Part shown: positions 9,748 through 19,308 of the stretch, one piece after another | How the letters are laid out: the number at the start of each line of letters is the position of its first letter | Position numbering within the stretch: position 1 is the stretch's first letter | Virus record (IMG/VR): IMGVR_UViG_3300021964_000012 | Location: 62,001-126,000 of that record | Strand: one strand, 5' to 3' | DNA: 64,000 nt | Made by a program: the position numbers and the translations under genes | The notes under the pieces: model-generated | Told to the model about the DNA's origin: nothing | Databases searched by the model: none | The model's input: the letters and a program-made list of their open reading frames with translations, nothing else

Positions 9748-11091
9748 CTATGTTTTATATAATTTAATAAGTTCGTTTGCAAGTTTTTTATCACTTAATT
9801 TGCTTATCTCTCTTATGTGCCTATCACCAACACGATTGATCTTTTGTTTGAAACCCTTGTATTCTACTTCAGAATAGTCTACACCTTGATGTTTAACAAT
9901 ACTTGTATCTTCAAACCCATTTGGTATAAGTTCCTGTTGGCTATATATTTCTAATTTATCTATATCAATAAACCAAGCAAACTTGCCTTGGCTTGTCAAT
10001 GGTACAAAGCCTGTGCGACATTCAGGAAATATTTCAAAAAACCTTTCCATACAACGTGCATATTTACTTACTATATCCCATCTATCTGCGACTATAAAGT
10101 TTCCTTTTTCCATTGGGTACTTTGCGTTTTTTCCTAATTTTTTATCTGCATTAAATATTTCAGGCCGAGAAATTACATAATTTAAGTGATCTTGATCGTA
10201 AAATTTAAAAAAGGATAAGGTATTTGTTAAATCAAACTTTTTGTTGGCTAGTATATACTCTCGAAATAGTCTACTTTCTTTAATTAATGTTTTAACATTT
10301 CCTGGATGAGCCCAAAAGTAAATTGTATTCAACAAACCACCTCTATCATTCATTGCACTGTCAAGAAACGTAACGTACCAGCTATTTTTATAATAGACCA
10401 ATTGAGGTTTGTCTTTGCCAATGATAAAGCAACCCAGTGGGTCCATATCTAATTTTTGATCTAAATTTGTAGGCACACCATAATCATAAGGTGTTGCTCC
10501 ATTGTAAAAATTTTCAATTTGTAACGAGCTCATCGGCTCAATTATTGTACCACATTGTGGGCGTTTGAAAATTGCATATTCGTCTGAGAAATGTTCGAGT
10601 AATTCGTCCTCATGTTGATACAAAAAAGTTTGCTTATCTATTTTATCACGATATTTGTAAAGGCTAGGAAACGCATTTTCTCTGTACTCTTCATTCATGT
10701 TGTCATCAGTTTCAGTGAAAAAATGCATAACAGTCTCATCTACGCGAATATTGTTTTCAACAAAATCTAACAAAATTCTTTGACTGTCATAGCCGCCACT
10801 GTATAGTAAAGCAACATGTTTATATTCTTTTTTAAGTCTTTTTATAAAATCCAAACTATAGTTGTAATCCATGTCAAGAGTTTTGTCTGCAAGTGCATTT
10901 CTAAACTCATCCATTAGTGCTGGTGCACATACAAACGGCAACCAACAATCAAACACTTTTTCATACCATTTTACTAGGAACACGTTACCTAATCGTTTGC
11001 CGTCAGGAGTTTCCCAGTAGAAAGAGTAATTCATCTTTCGTGCTTGGCGGTTACCTAGTTCTACAAGTTCTAATAATTTTTCTTTAGACAT
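9748..11091 (-). CDS. PP-loop (adenine nucleotide alpha-hydrolase-like) protein
   Basis: VALLYSGGYDS PP-loop and IIGKDKP. Confidence 0.6.
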   Translation of the reverse strand: MSKEKLLELVELGNRQARKMNYSFYWETPDGKRLGNVFLVKWYEKVFDCWLPFVCAPALMDEFRNALADKTLDMDYNYSLDFIKRLKKEYKHVALLYSGGYDSQRILLDFVENNIRVDETVMHFFTETDDNMNEEYRENAFPSLYKYRDKIDKQTFLYQHEDELLEHFSDEYAIFKRPQCGTIIEPMSSLQIENFYNGATPYDYGVPTNLDQKLDMDPLGCFIIGKDKPQLVYYKNSWYVTFLDSAMNDRGGLLNTIYFWAHPGNVKTLIKESRLFREYILANKKFDLTNTLSFFKFYDQDHLNYVISRPEIFNADKKLGKNAKYPMEKGNFIVADRWDIVSKYARCMERFFEIFPECRTGFVPLTSQGKFAWFIDIDKLEIYSQQELIPNGFEDTSIVKHQGVDYSEVEYKGFKQKINRVGDRHIREISKLSDKKLANELIKLYKT

Positions 11092-11115
11092 CTTAAGTTC
11101 TTTGTAAATGCAGAA

Positions 11116-11146
11116 ATAGTATGACGAGCAGCACTCGTCATACTAT
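11116..11146 (-). terminator. perfect 13-bp hairpin after the TctC-like gene
   Basis: ATAGTATGACGAG-CAGCA-CTCGTCATACTAT; weak U-tail, so possibly a stabiliser or partial terminator. Confidence 0.65.
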
Positions 11147-11170
11147 AAAGTTTCGATTGATCAATAAGAT

Positions 11171-12133
11171 CTATTGTAGTTTACCAGCTTTCCAGTTGTT
11201 CACTGTATCAGCTTTAACACCACCTGGCATCCAATCAGCAGCATCTTTCCACCAATCTTCTAAACCAAGACCTCTTTTTTCCAATTCAGCTGAAGTTGGA
11301 ATAAAAGCAGTACCATAGTACTTCTTAAGGTCTGCATCGTTAGACATCATGTCACCAATAACAGCTTTAGCATCTGCTTTTTGAGCTTCATTTAGTTTAA
11401 TACCAAATACAACTGGAAATTCAACCAATGAACTTAATCCCCAATTTGGGAAAATATCAGCAAATTTAGCAGTACCGTTTACGCCACCTGTTGTAGCAAA
11501 ACAGTTTAGATCTGGTGTATTGATTTCTCTTGCAGTATAACCCAAGTACATTAGGTCAGTATCACCTGCTAAGAAACCTTTAAGTGTATTTGAAGAACCG
11601 TTGTATGCAACCTTCTTCCACTTGTTTCCAAACTGTTTTCCTAAGTCGGAGAAGTCATCTGGTAAGTTGTTAAAAGTACCAATTGTAACACGATCTTTTG
11701 CTTTGATCCATGCCATAATGTCTTTCAAGTCTGAACCGATATTGTCTGACTTACGAACACACATTGCATTTGATCTGTAAAAGAAAGGAGTTACATAACT
11801 AACGTCTTTGGTAACTTCTGGTGCAATAAAGCACTTCTTTCTAACTACATCACTAATCCATGATGATCCAGACTTAAAGTAAAATCCTGGACGGTCTGTA
11901 CCAGCAATGTATTTTTTGTTTTTAAAACAGTTAGCAGTATGTACTAACTTACTGTCATAACCTCTTTCTGTAAGAGCTTTCTGTAACATAACACCCTGTT
12001 TCCAGTTGTTACCTGTGTTAGAAGAAGCAACGATAACATCGAGGATCTTCTTTTCTGCCATTGCAGGACCAGAAACTCCTGCAAAAATTGTAAGTGCTAC
12101 TAGTACAGCACTTAGTCTTGATAGTAAGGTCAT
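11171..12133 (-). CDS. periplasmic solute-binding protein, divergent TctC/Bug-like
   Basis: Signal peptide (AMA cleavage); VAYNGSSNTLKGFLAGDTD matches the Bug PYxG...G-x-D motif; adjacent to TctA. Confidence 0.65.
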   Translation of the reverse strand: MTLLSRLSAVLVALTIFAGVSGPAMAEKKILDVIVASSNTGNNWKQGVMLQKALTERGYDSKLVHTANCFKNKKYIAGTDRPGFYFKSGSSWISDVVRKKCFIAPEVTKDVSYVTPFFYRSNAMCVRKSDNIGSDLKDIMAWIKAKDRVTIGTFNNLPDDFSDLGKQFGNKWKKVAYNGSSNTLKGFLAGDTDLMYLGYTAREINTPDLNCFATTGGVNGTAKFADIFPNWGLSSLVEFPVVFGIKLNEAQKADAKAVIGDMMSNDADLKKYYGTAFIPTSAELEKRGLGLEDWWKDAADWMPGGVKADTVNNWKAGKLQ

Positions 12134-12169
12134 ATATTTTTCTCCATAATTATGTTTAACCTATGTTGC

Positions 12170-12197
12170 ATTGTACAACACTTTAAGATGTTGTCAA
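12170..12197 (-). promoter_or_regulatory. sigma70-type promoter
   Basis: TTGACA-16 nt-TACAAT upstream of the TctC-like gene. Confidence 0.6.
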
Positions 12198-12216
12198 CCT
12201 TTGTTTTGGTTTTTTT

Positions 12217-13626
12217 CTAACCAAAATGTAAATTATATAATACGTTCGAACTCATCAATAGTTTATCTTGCAATATAAATGCAATTAAAAGTATTAGTGT
12301 TTCAGTTCTACGTAAAATATAGCCTAGTGGCAATAACAATACCATTACGGTAAAGTGATACCACATGTCGTATTGTTGGAAACCTGTGTACAACACAAGC
12401 CCAACCAGTATGGCACCAGTAGCATATATCATGTGTACCATGTTAAGTTTTTTAAGAACATTAACATATTTCACTGCTGGCCAACACAATATGACTGCTA
12501 CCATATTAATAAAGACAAACCAATAGGTAAGTCTTTCAAAAAAGTTTTGTTCAATACTAATTCTCCAATTGATTACATAGCTGTTCATTTCAATTAGACT
12601 TATTAGTATGGTTTCACTAGGACTCATTGGAATACCAATCAGCATCAACGGCAACAACAATACTAATGTACAACTGTTGTTGGCAGTTTCAGCACTTATG
12701 AGTGATTTCATGTGTCCGTCTTCTCGATAGCTACCTTCCTTTATAGCACGTTTCTTTTCCACTGCATAACTGAAGTTACTTGCAATACCTGTACCAATGT
12801 GCGGTACCAATCCAACAATTGCTCCAAATATACTACCACGTATGCTGGCCCATTTGTTTTGCCACCAATGTTTAAAATGTACCATTGGCGAGCTATCGTC
12901 AAAGTAGTCTTTGTCGTTTTCATATTTGAAGTCTTTGAACTGTTCCACAGTGTTAAGCAATGTAGGAAACACATAAAGTGCTACCACCACTGGAAACAAT
13001 GGCAAGCCTTCGTATAAACTTGGGAAAGTGTCGTATGGAATAAAGCCTTCGCCGAAGATAAAAAATGGAACGTTGTGTTGTCCTATGAGTCCTAGTGCGG
13101 CTCCGAGTATAAAGACAACTCCATTTTCTCGCCAACTGCGTCCTAATAAGAATACCACACTACAAGTTGCAATCCACAGTATGCCAAACTGTATTTCTGC
13201 ACTATAAAAGTTCATTAGGCCGTGGATAACAAATGGAAGCACTGCAAAGATCACACAAACGGAGATGAACGATCCAAACACACTTCCAATTGCAGCTCCA
13301 CTTATTGCAAAGTTTCCTTGCCCACGTTCGAACAATCGTTTACCTTCTCGTACGGCTGGTAAACTACTGGATTCGCCTGGTATTCCAAACACTGTTGCAA
13401 TAACACTGCCACTGAACTGCGAAACACTTGCCAAGCCAAGATAAAATACCAACATTTGAAAGAGAGTTGACTCCATAAGAAATGGGTAAAGCATGAACAA
13501 CATTATAGTATTGCCAATACCAGGGATTAAGCCAGCTAAAAAGCCTGCAAGGATACCACCCATCACATGGATAAAATCTATCCATTCAAAAGAGCCTACA
13601 ATGTGTACAACACCATCGTCGATCAT
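12217..13626 (-). CDS. tctA: tripartite tricarboxylate transporter permease TctA family
   Basis: GLIPGIG, FGIPGESSS, GLVPHIG, SAETANN, GIP motifs; multi-TM. Start refined to MIDDGV with AAGGA RBS. Confidence 0.88.
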   Translation of the reverse strand: MIDDGVVHIVGSFEWIDFIHVMGGILAGFLAGLIPGIGNTIMLFMLYPFLMESTLFQMLVFYLGLASVSQFSGSVIATVFGIPGESSSLPAVREGKRLFERGQGNFAISGAAIGSVFGSFISVCVIFAVLPFVIHGLMNFYSAEIQFGILWIATCSVVFLLGRSWRENGVVFILGAALGLIGQHNVPFFIFGEGFIPYDTFPSLYEGLPLFPVVVALYVFPTLLNTVEQFKDFKYENDKDYFDDSSPMVHFKHWWQNKWASIRGSIFGAIVGLVPHIGTGIASNFSYAVEKKRAIKEGSYREDGHMKSLISAETANNSCTLVLLLPLMLIGIPMSPSETILISLIEMNSYVINWRISIEQNFFERLTYWFVFINMVAVILCWPAVKYVNVLKKLNMVHMIYATGAILVGLVLYTGFQQYDMWYHFTVMVLLLPLGYILRRTETLILLIAFILQDKLLMSSNVLYNLHFG

Positions 13627-13654
13627 AATCAATCCTTTACTAATAAAAATACTC

Positions 13655-13803
13655 TTAACAGTAACACAGATAGGTCTGTGGTTCAACTGTTAACTTTACC
13701 TTTATTGTGAATTCGACTAGTGAAATAGAGCTGGGCGTTCTTGTTAAGTAAAGGCGTTAGCCAGGCGTCCGTTGTTGCTCGCGTCTTAGATGGCGCTGTC
13801 GAT
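13655..13803 (-). ncRNA. candidate structured leader/small RNA upstream of tctA
   Basis: GC-richer intergenic segment just downstream of a TAAATA box (13809-13814). Closing stem TCGAC/GTCGA, five RCGCS repeats, then a long hairpin 13655-13693 followed by a U-rich tract. Confidence 0.4.
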
Positions 13804-13839
13804 GTGAATATTTAGTGGGTGTGTCTATTAGGGTGTAAT

Positions 13840-14073
13840 TTATATGGCTTGTCTTTTGGTTCGATAATACATTACCTGGTTGGTATCTAAGCACTGAAAC
13901 CTCATGCCATTGTTTGTTGGTGCTATACTTTGAATGTCGTTGATAACACTTGGATTTTCTGTGAGATATTGTATGCATGCAGGTCTAGTTTTAAAACTAT
14001 CCTGCATGAGTTGCACTTCAATTCTATCAGTGTTAGGAAATGAAATAAATGCTACAATAAACCATTCTAGCAA
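13840..14073 (-). CDS. small secreted hypothetical protein
   Basis: W-x-hydrophobic N-terminus and F-x-T-x-x-x-C...C pattern, same family as 52465..52704. Confidence 0.6.
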   Translation of the reverse strand: MLEWFIVAFISFPNTDRIEVQLMQDSFKTRPACIQYLTENPSVINDIQSIAPTNNGMRFQCLDTNQVMYYRTKRQAI

Positions 14074-14074
14074 T

Positions 14075-14284
14075 TTATTTTGCTTCTTCTTTGGTAAGAG
14101 CTAGTTTGTAACAAACTTTTTTTCCTTGAACACTATCTATTGTAATAGCTGGCACGTCTGCCTTTACTATTCTGCATTTTTCAAGTTCGTGCCATTTATA
14201 GCCTGCCTGTTTTTGTGCTTCTACTGTTCGATTGAAATCTGCATTGTCAACAGAAAACAATAATGCTAGTATTAATAATGCCAT
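14075..14284 (-). CDS. small secreted hypothetical protein
   Basis: Signal-like N-terminus, two Cys, AAGGA RBS. Confidence 0.6.
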   Translation of the reverse strand: MALLILALLFSVDNADFNRTVEAQKQAGYKWHELEKCRIVKADVPAITIDSVQGKKVCYKLALTKEEAK

Positions 14285-14315
14285 TTTAGGTTCCTTTTAA
14301 ATTATAGTATTATTT

Positions 14316-14344
14316 ATAGTAACATTGAGACGACAGAATGTCAA
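14316..14344 (-). promoter_or_regulatory. sigma70-type promoter overlapping an ATAAATA late box
   Basis: TTGACA-17 nt-TACTAT with TG; ATAAATA at 14311-14317. Confidence 0.6.
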
Positions 14345-14359
14345 CCTCATGCTTAAAAA

Positions 14360-15043
14360 TTACCAGTGTTCAGGCCAGGCATAGTGTCTGTTTAGTGTGT
14401 TGTATATCTGTTGTACCTTATACTTGATCTCACTGCCACTGTTAATCTGCTGTAGTCTTTTTAACCAGTCAACCAATTGAACAATTTCAGTTTTTGTTCC
14501 GCTATGACTGGTCCTACCTATAGTCAACGGCCTGCCTCTTTTGCTTGCAAAGCCATAATTCCACAGTGTTTCTATTTGTGTATGTCTATTTTTGATTCTT
14601 TCAAACTTGTCGTCCTTAAACTGAAAAAATCCTTGTTCGCTTGGCAACACACTATAGTTTTCATAGTTTAAATTAAGCTCTAAACATTCGACACCTTGAT
14701 CACTTACTTCGCTTCTCCAAGTGCTTCGACTCCAATGATTTTCACTGGTATCAAATGCTTTTAATTGTTCGTCTGTCATTATTTCGTTTGCTATTACGGC
14801 GTCGTTACCAAGAAATTGTATTACTTTTGGTGTAATCAATACTGTGGGTATGAACAGTTCTTCTGCACGTGATAGTATTTCTTTTTGGTTTTGAACACTA
14901 TGTTCCTTAGCACTTTTTTGTGCAGTAAACTGTTGCAGTTGTAAACCTGCACGTTCCTCATTGAAGTTTCTATAGTACCTACCGTTTTTAAGTCTATTAG
15001 TGACTTTAGTATATAGACTAATATCTTTGGTTTCTAAGTGCAT
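14360..15043 (-). CDS. hypothetical protein
   Basis: 227-aa ORF with GGAG RBS and its own promoter. Confidence 0.7.
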   Translation of the reverse strand: MHLETKDISLYTKVTNRLKNGRYYRNFNEERAGLQLQQFTAQKSAKEHSVQNQKEILSRAEELFIPTVLITPKVIQFLGNDAVIANEIMTDEQLKAFDTSENHWSRSTWRSEVSDQGVECLELNLNYENYSVLPSEQGFFQFKDDKFERIKNRHTQIETLWNYGFASKRGRPLTIGRTSHSGTKTEIVQLVDWLKRLQQINSGSEIKYKVQQIYNTLNRHYAWPEHW

Positions 15044-15076
15044 TAATTAATCTCCAGTCTAATTCGATATAATTAC

Positions 15077-15104
15077 ATTATAACAAATAATCAGCAAAAG
15101 TCAA
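15077..15104 (-). promoter_or_regulatory. sigma70-type promoter
   Basis: TTGACT-16 nt-TATAAT with TG. Confidence 0.65.
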
Positions 15105-15619
15105 TGGATAAAATGTTACTCACAATTGGTGATAGTTTTACATACGGAACAGAACTTCTTGACATCAGTCTGTCCTGGCCTTATCAACTAGGTGCAAGAC
15201 TTGGTATGCCAGTGGTAAATCTTGCACAACCTGGAGCAAGTAATGATTATATTGTACGAACCACTGTGAATGCTATCAATGAGTACAATCCTGATCTTGT
15301 GATTGTAGGGTTTACAACGCCTAATAGATTTGAACTTAATTGGGAACACTATACACCAACTAAAACACCAAATTACTTTGACAATTGGAATGAAGAATGG
15401 GCAGAGAACAAGTTTCATACTCAGGTTTGTGTACTAGAGAGCTATATCAAATGCAAAAACTATTTCTTAGGTCCATGGGATTGTGATATAAGCTATTGTA
15501 GTAATTACATTGGTACTTTAGTTGAAATGTGTGAAGGTTTTGATAAAGGTTCTGGAGGACATCCACTGGTACAAGGCCACACCGTAATAGCAAAAAAAAT
15601 ATCAGAAATTATTGGCTAG
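15104..15619 (+). CDS. SGNH/GDSL-like hydrolase or acyltransferase
   Basis: IGDSFTYG, NLAQPGASN, T..NRFE, GHP motifs. Confidence 0.75.
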   Translation: MDKMLLTIGDSFTYGTELLDISLSWPYQLGARLGMPVVNLAQPGASNDYIVRTTVNAINEYNPDLVIVGFTTPNRFELNWEHYTPTKTPNYFDNWNEEWAENKFHTQVCVLESYIKCKNYFLGPWDCDISYCSNYIGTLVEMCEGFDKGSGGHPLVQGHTVIAKKISEIIG

Positions 15620-15952
15620 CCATGATTCTAGATCACCGGTAAGATTTGCCATCATTGCTTCTTGTGAACCAAAGAAACTCAAACGTTTTTGTCCGTAGTA
15701 ATAAGGAAATTGCAGTTTTCGATCAAGACCAAGTATAACTCGTTTGTTCTTACGGGCATAGTTGTCAGGTAGCACATAATCCCAATATTCAAATTTAAGT
15801 TTTTTTAGTACTGTAAAACCTGTAGTGGTTAGACGCATTCCCCCATTTTCACGTGTGTTATACCACCATGAATGTAACGCAGTTTTGTACTCAGTACGAT
15901 TTTCTTCTAATAGATTAAGAATACTAAGTGTAAGTTTTTTCTTATCCCGCAT
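15602..15952 (-). CDS. phage hypothetical protein
   Basis: WWYN.R..GGMRLT..GF...LDRKL..PYY; part of the 4-gene run after rnh. Confidence 0.7.
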   Translation of the reverse strand: MRDKKKLTLSILNLLEENRTEYKTALHSWWYNTRENGGMRLTTTGFTVLKKLKFEYWDYVLPDNYARKNKRVILGLDRKLQFPYYYGQKRLSFFGSQEAMMANLTGDLESWLANNF

Positions 15953-16238
15953 CTTTATAAACAACTTGACCTTTACTAAGTAATACCACAGTAAACTTGT
16001 CGGTCTTGAATTGTGTATTAAGTTTTTTTGCTAGGCTAATTGCATGCCCTGGGTTTGAGAAACTTACTTTTTTATACTTAGGCCCAGGATATTGTACCAG
16101 CATGTTTGATGTTTTTAGATTTATAGGTTTTTCATCAAAATATACTGCCCATATACCTTCACTGGCTAATACTTGTTCAGTTTTGTAAGTTACTTTGTCA
16201 GTGACTTCAACTAGTATCTTCGGTTTTGGTCTTGCCAT
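15942..16238 (-). CDS. phage hypothetical protein
   Basis: MARPKPKIL...GIWAV...GPKYKKVSFSNPGHA; GGAG RBS and ATAAATA at 16257-16263. Confidence 0.75.
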   Translation of the reverse strand: MARPKPKILVEVTDKVTYKTEQVLASEGIWAVYFDEKPINLKTSNMLVQYPGPKYKKVSFSNPGHAISLAKKLNTQFKTDKFTVVLLSKGQVVYKDAG

Positions 16239-16302
16239 ATTCGTTATCTCCATAGTTATTTATGATAAACTACGTAGATAACTTGGTTAACTGCTCAGTT
16301 AA

Positions 16303-16506
16303 TTACCATGTTCCACCATCTACTTCTATAGTATCTGGTTTTTGGAAATTTTCTTGTTTTTGAAGTAGATCTATGTCAAGTAATAGTTTGGTTATGTCTC
16401 CGTGTAGGTTTTTTGCATCCTGCATTGTCCAGACAAAATCTCTAGCATTTGTTGCATCACATTGTGCAACCCTGTCGATAAATTTTCTAATGTAAAGTCC
16501 ACTCAC
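16303..16506 (-). CDS. hypothetical protein
   Basis: 67-aa ORF coupled to the upstream gene; ends in DGGTW. Confidence 0.65.
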   Translation of the reverse strand: MSGLYIRKFIDRVAQCDATNARDFVWTMQDAKNLHGDITKLLLDIDLLQKQENFQKPDTIEVDGGTW

Positions 16507-16949
16507 TTGTAGTAGAATCCATCTGGTTCTCTAACTGGACCAACATAACCGTAACGATCTAGTATAATAAGTTTAGGACAAAACATTACCTTGGTTTTGT
16601 GATTGATTGTAACCATGTAATATCCTGCAGCATACCAGCTTTTAGATTTCTTTTCTTTGGTATATATTGGCAAACGTTGATTTATATCCCATACACCATT
16701 GTATGGTTTGCAATCTGTTGGAAATCGGTTTACTTGATTCTCTGGATGCTGGACACGTTCAAGTATGCTATCAAATTTTATTTTAGTAATGTCACGTAGA
16801 CTATTAATAGTTTTAAAACGACTTGCCTCTTTATTTGTTTTTAGAAAATAGCCAGTTGGAGTTTTTTCAACTGAACCAATCTTTTGGTTGTTTTGTTGTA
16901 AAACCCAAAACTTTCCATTAACTATAGGCTTTGCTATCGTGTCTGTCAT
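16503..16949 (-). CDS. hypothetical protein
   Basis: Start refined to MTDTIAKP (ATGA overlap with rnh stop). Confidence 0.7.
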   Translation of the reverse strand: MTDTIAKPIVNGKFWVLQQNNQKIGSVEKTPTGYFLKTNKEASRFKTINSLRDITKIKFDSILERVQHPENQVNRFPTDCKPYNGVWDINQRLPIYTKEKKSKSWYAAGYYMVTINHKTKVMFCPKLIILDRYGYVGPVREPDGFYYK

Positions 16950-17947
16950 ATTTTTAAAACTCCTTGGTATGTTTGATTCAACCAACGACCATACTGTTCA
17001 GCATTTTCGCTTAGTCGATTCAAATCGTATTTACCACAAAATTTAAGGAACTTAGAACCAACCTGTCCTACATCCTTGTTTGTGATTTGTTCTCTAATAA
17101 AATTGTCAAGTCTTTGTTTTATTTCTTCAGGTTGTGCAGTTAGATCGATCAGTTGTCGGTTTCGATTGTAGTCATCTAACACTCTGTGTTCTTTGCCTTC
17201 ATGATCTGTCCAACGTTGTAACATCATGTTGTTCCAAGCATAACCTTTGCTGGATCTATCTTCAAATGCTTCTTGTAAGCCAACCTTGTTTTTAGTGCCT
17301 TTCTTACGTACACCAGGAAATGCACTAAACACATTGTCACTGCTGTCGCCTCTCATACACTTTTCAAACAACAACCATTTAGGATTTGGAACTTCTTTAG
17401 GCAGTTTTGTTTTCTTGTCTATCACTGGCTTGCCTTTTGCATCAAATATGCCTTCGATGGTAATCAGTGTGTCATTGATGCCATTAAACTGTTTAACATT
17501 TTCTGCCAGCAGTTGATAAAAGTCACTGTCTGAACTGATAATAACATGTTCATCTGCAGGATGTAGATGTATCCAACGTGCTATAAGATCGTCAGCTTCT
17601 GCATCACCATCACGTAGTACACTACAATTAGTTTTTTCACGTAGGTATTGATTGAAGTCATCAAACGTATCCCAAAACAATTTTTCTTCTTCTTGCTCAC
17701 GTTCTGTTAGTGCGGCTCTTGCTTCTGAGCGATTGGCTTTGTATGGCTTGTAGTAATCTTTGCGCCAACTACGACCTTCTAAACAAAACACAACATGATC
17801 AGCATCAAACTTTTTTGCTACTTTGTTGATAGCGGCCATGCTGATGTGCAGTGCATATCCAACTTTCTCCCATGGATCACTTGCACGGAATGCAACGTGT
17901 CTTGCACGGAAAAACATATTAGCAGTGTCAATCAATAGATACTTCAT
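16946..17947 (-). CDS. rnh: T4 RNase H-like 5'-3' exonuclease (flap endonuclease)
   Basis: LLIDTAN, SWRK..Y..YKANR, EADD, SSDSDF, GDSSDN, NRQLIDL motifs. Confidence 0.9.
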   Translation of the reverse strand: MKYLLIDTANMFFRARHVAFRASDPWEKVGYALHISMAAINKVAKKFDADHVVFCLEGRSWRKDYYKPYKANRSEARAALTEREQEEEKLFWDTFDDFNQYLREKTNCSVLRDGDAEADDLIARWIHLHPADEHVIISSDSDFYQLLAENVKQFNGINDTLITIEGIFDAKGKPVIDKKTKLPKEVPNPKWLLFEKCMRGDSSDNVFSAFPGVRKKGTKNKVGLQEAFEDRSSKGYAWNNMMLQRWTDHEGKEHRVLDDYNRNRQLIDLTAQPEEIKQRLDNFIREQITNKDVGQVGSKFLKFCGKYDLNRLSENAEQYGRWLNQTYQGVLKI

Positions 17948-17974
17948 AGTACACCTTTTGTTAGTAATATGTTT

Positions 17975-18003
17975 ATTATAACACTAGATAAGTTTATTGT
18001 CAA
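17975..18003 (-). promoter_or_regulatory. consensus sigma70 promoter
   Basis: TTGACA-17 nt-TATAAT with TG, overlapping the 3' end of the upstream gene. Confidence 0.8.
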
Positions 18004-18685
18004 CTATATACTTTGTGAGATATTGTGCCCATGCTCTGTGTCCATTTGTTCCATAATGGTAGCTTGCTGGGCTTACAGTTTCGCATTTTTGTGATACAAC
18101 TGCATCGAATGTGTTTGCTGGATTATAGGGACCAATAAAACTTGAGCCCCAATCTTTTTGTATTTCTATTTTACTAAAGTCATTGTTGCCGTTAAAGAAA
18201 ATATGTTTTGCTCCAAGAGACTCAAGTTCTAGATGAAATTGCCAAATTTTATCGTGTGCTTCACTGGTTTTCTTTTTCCAATCAACGTTTGCTACATATT
18301 CTTTGTATTTTTGTTGATGGCTGTCAGGCACATCATCTATGCCACTAGCATTTATCTGATAGTATGCACCATCTATCAGCCATTCTTCTCTTTCCCAAGT
18401 GCTCCACTGAATAACATAAAGTGTTCTGTAGATGTCTTTTGCTTGTTGTTCTAGCCATCGACGTGTAGTTCTCATAATACGATCGTTAGAACTCGCACTT
18501 TCAGCCTCACACTTGAAACCACAATTCAACCTGTTGCTCAGTAGTTTACCCCAAGAATGTGCAATGTTATCGGGATGTGGAACTCTACCCATCATCCAGT
18601 ACTGTGGATCATCTTCAGCAAAAGCATGATTATTCACACATTCAGCGGCCGCAGTATGCGAATCTCCGTTAACATATAGTATCAT
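17984..18685 (-). CDS. SGNH/GDSL-like hydrolase or acyltransferase
   Basis: MILYVNGDSH, AESASSN, QWSTWEREEW, HYG..GH. Confidence 0.7.
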   Translation of the reverse strand: MILYVNGDSHTAAAECVNNHAFAEDDPQYWMMGRVPHPDNIAHSWGKLLSNRLNCGFKCEAESASSNDRIMRTTRRWLEQQAKDIYRTLYVIQWSTWEREEWLIDGAYYQINASGIDDVPDSHQQKYKEYVANVDWKKKTSEAHDKIWQFHLELESLGAKHIFFNGNNDFSKIEIQKDWGSSFIGPYNPANTFDAVVSQKCETVSPASYHYGTNGHRAWAQYLTKYIVDNKLI

Positions 18686-19308
18686 ATAAGTTTGTTTTCT
18701 CTAATGTAATCGATTAAAAATTCAGCCCACACTTTGTGGCCATCAGCTTCATAGTGATACCATTTGTCTGGACGTAAACCTTTGTTTTTGAGATACCAGT
18801 AATAACTTTGATTGTTATCATATGGACCTACGAATTTGTTGTTCCAGTCATACTTTTTGTTTTTATTAACCTGAAAATGCAAAAACAAATCATACATGCA
18901 ATTGAAGAACAAATGCGTAATGTTTTTATGTTCTAGTTCAAGATGAAAACTATAGATGCGTTTGTGCCATTCTCTAGCCTTTTCCATCCATAAATCAGGC
19001 GTTTGTTCAGTTACCCACTGTTTGTACTTGCTTTGAAGTTCCTTAGGTATACTGTCTGTTCCGCTTGCGGTTACTGTGTAGTATCTGTCATTGTGTAACC
19101 ATTCTTCACGTTCCCAGGTGCTCCATCCAATTACAATAAAGTCTGGTGTTGAGTGCTCTAAATATTCCTGTGTGCGTCTAATGATGCTTGAATTGCTACT
19201 ACCACCTTGTGCTTGGTTTATTAAATTGAATCCAAATTCTTTTGCAACAATACCTGCATAACTAAAATCTGGAGCAGTATGTGAATCGCCGTTGGCATAT
19301 AAAATCAT
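18682..19308 (-). CDS. SGNH/GDSL-like hydrolase or acyltransferase (tandem paralog)
   Basis: MILYANGDSH, AQGGSSN, GWSTWEREEW, HYEADGH; ends NKLI like its neighbour. Confidence 0.7.
   Translation of the reverse strand: MILYANGDSHTAPDFSYAGIVAKEFGFNLINQAQGGSSNSSIIRRTQEYLEHSTPDFIVIGWSTWEREEWLHNDRYYTVTASGTDSIPKELQSKYKQWVTEQTPDLWMEKAREWHKRIYSFHLELEHKNITHLFFNCMYDLFLHFQVNKNKKYDWNNKFVGPYDNNQSYYWYLKNKGLRPDKWYHYEADGHKVWAEFLIDYIRENKLI

Noticed and set aside
9748-11091. PP-loop protein as the missing QueC
   Set aside because: It has SGGxDS but lacks the QueC C-terminal zinc Cys cluster, is about twice QueC length, and lies >12 kb from the que genes.
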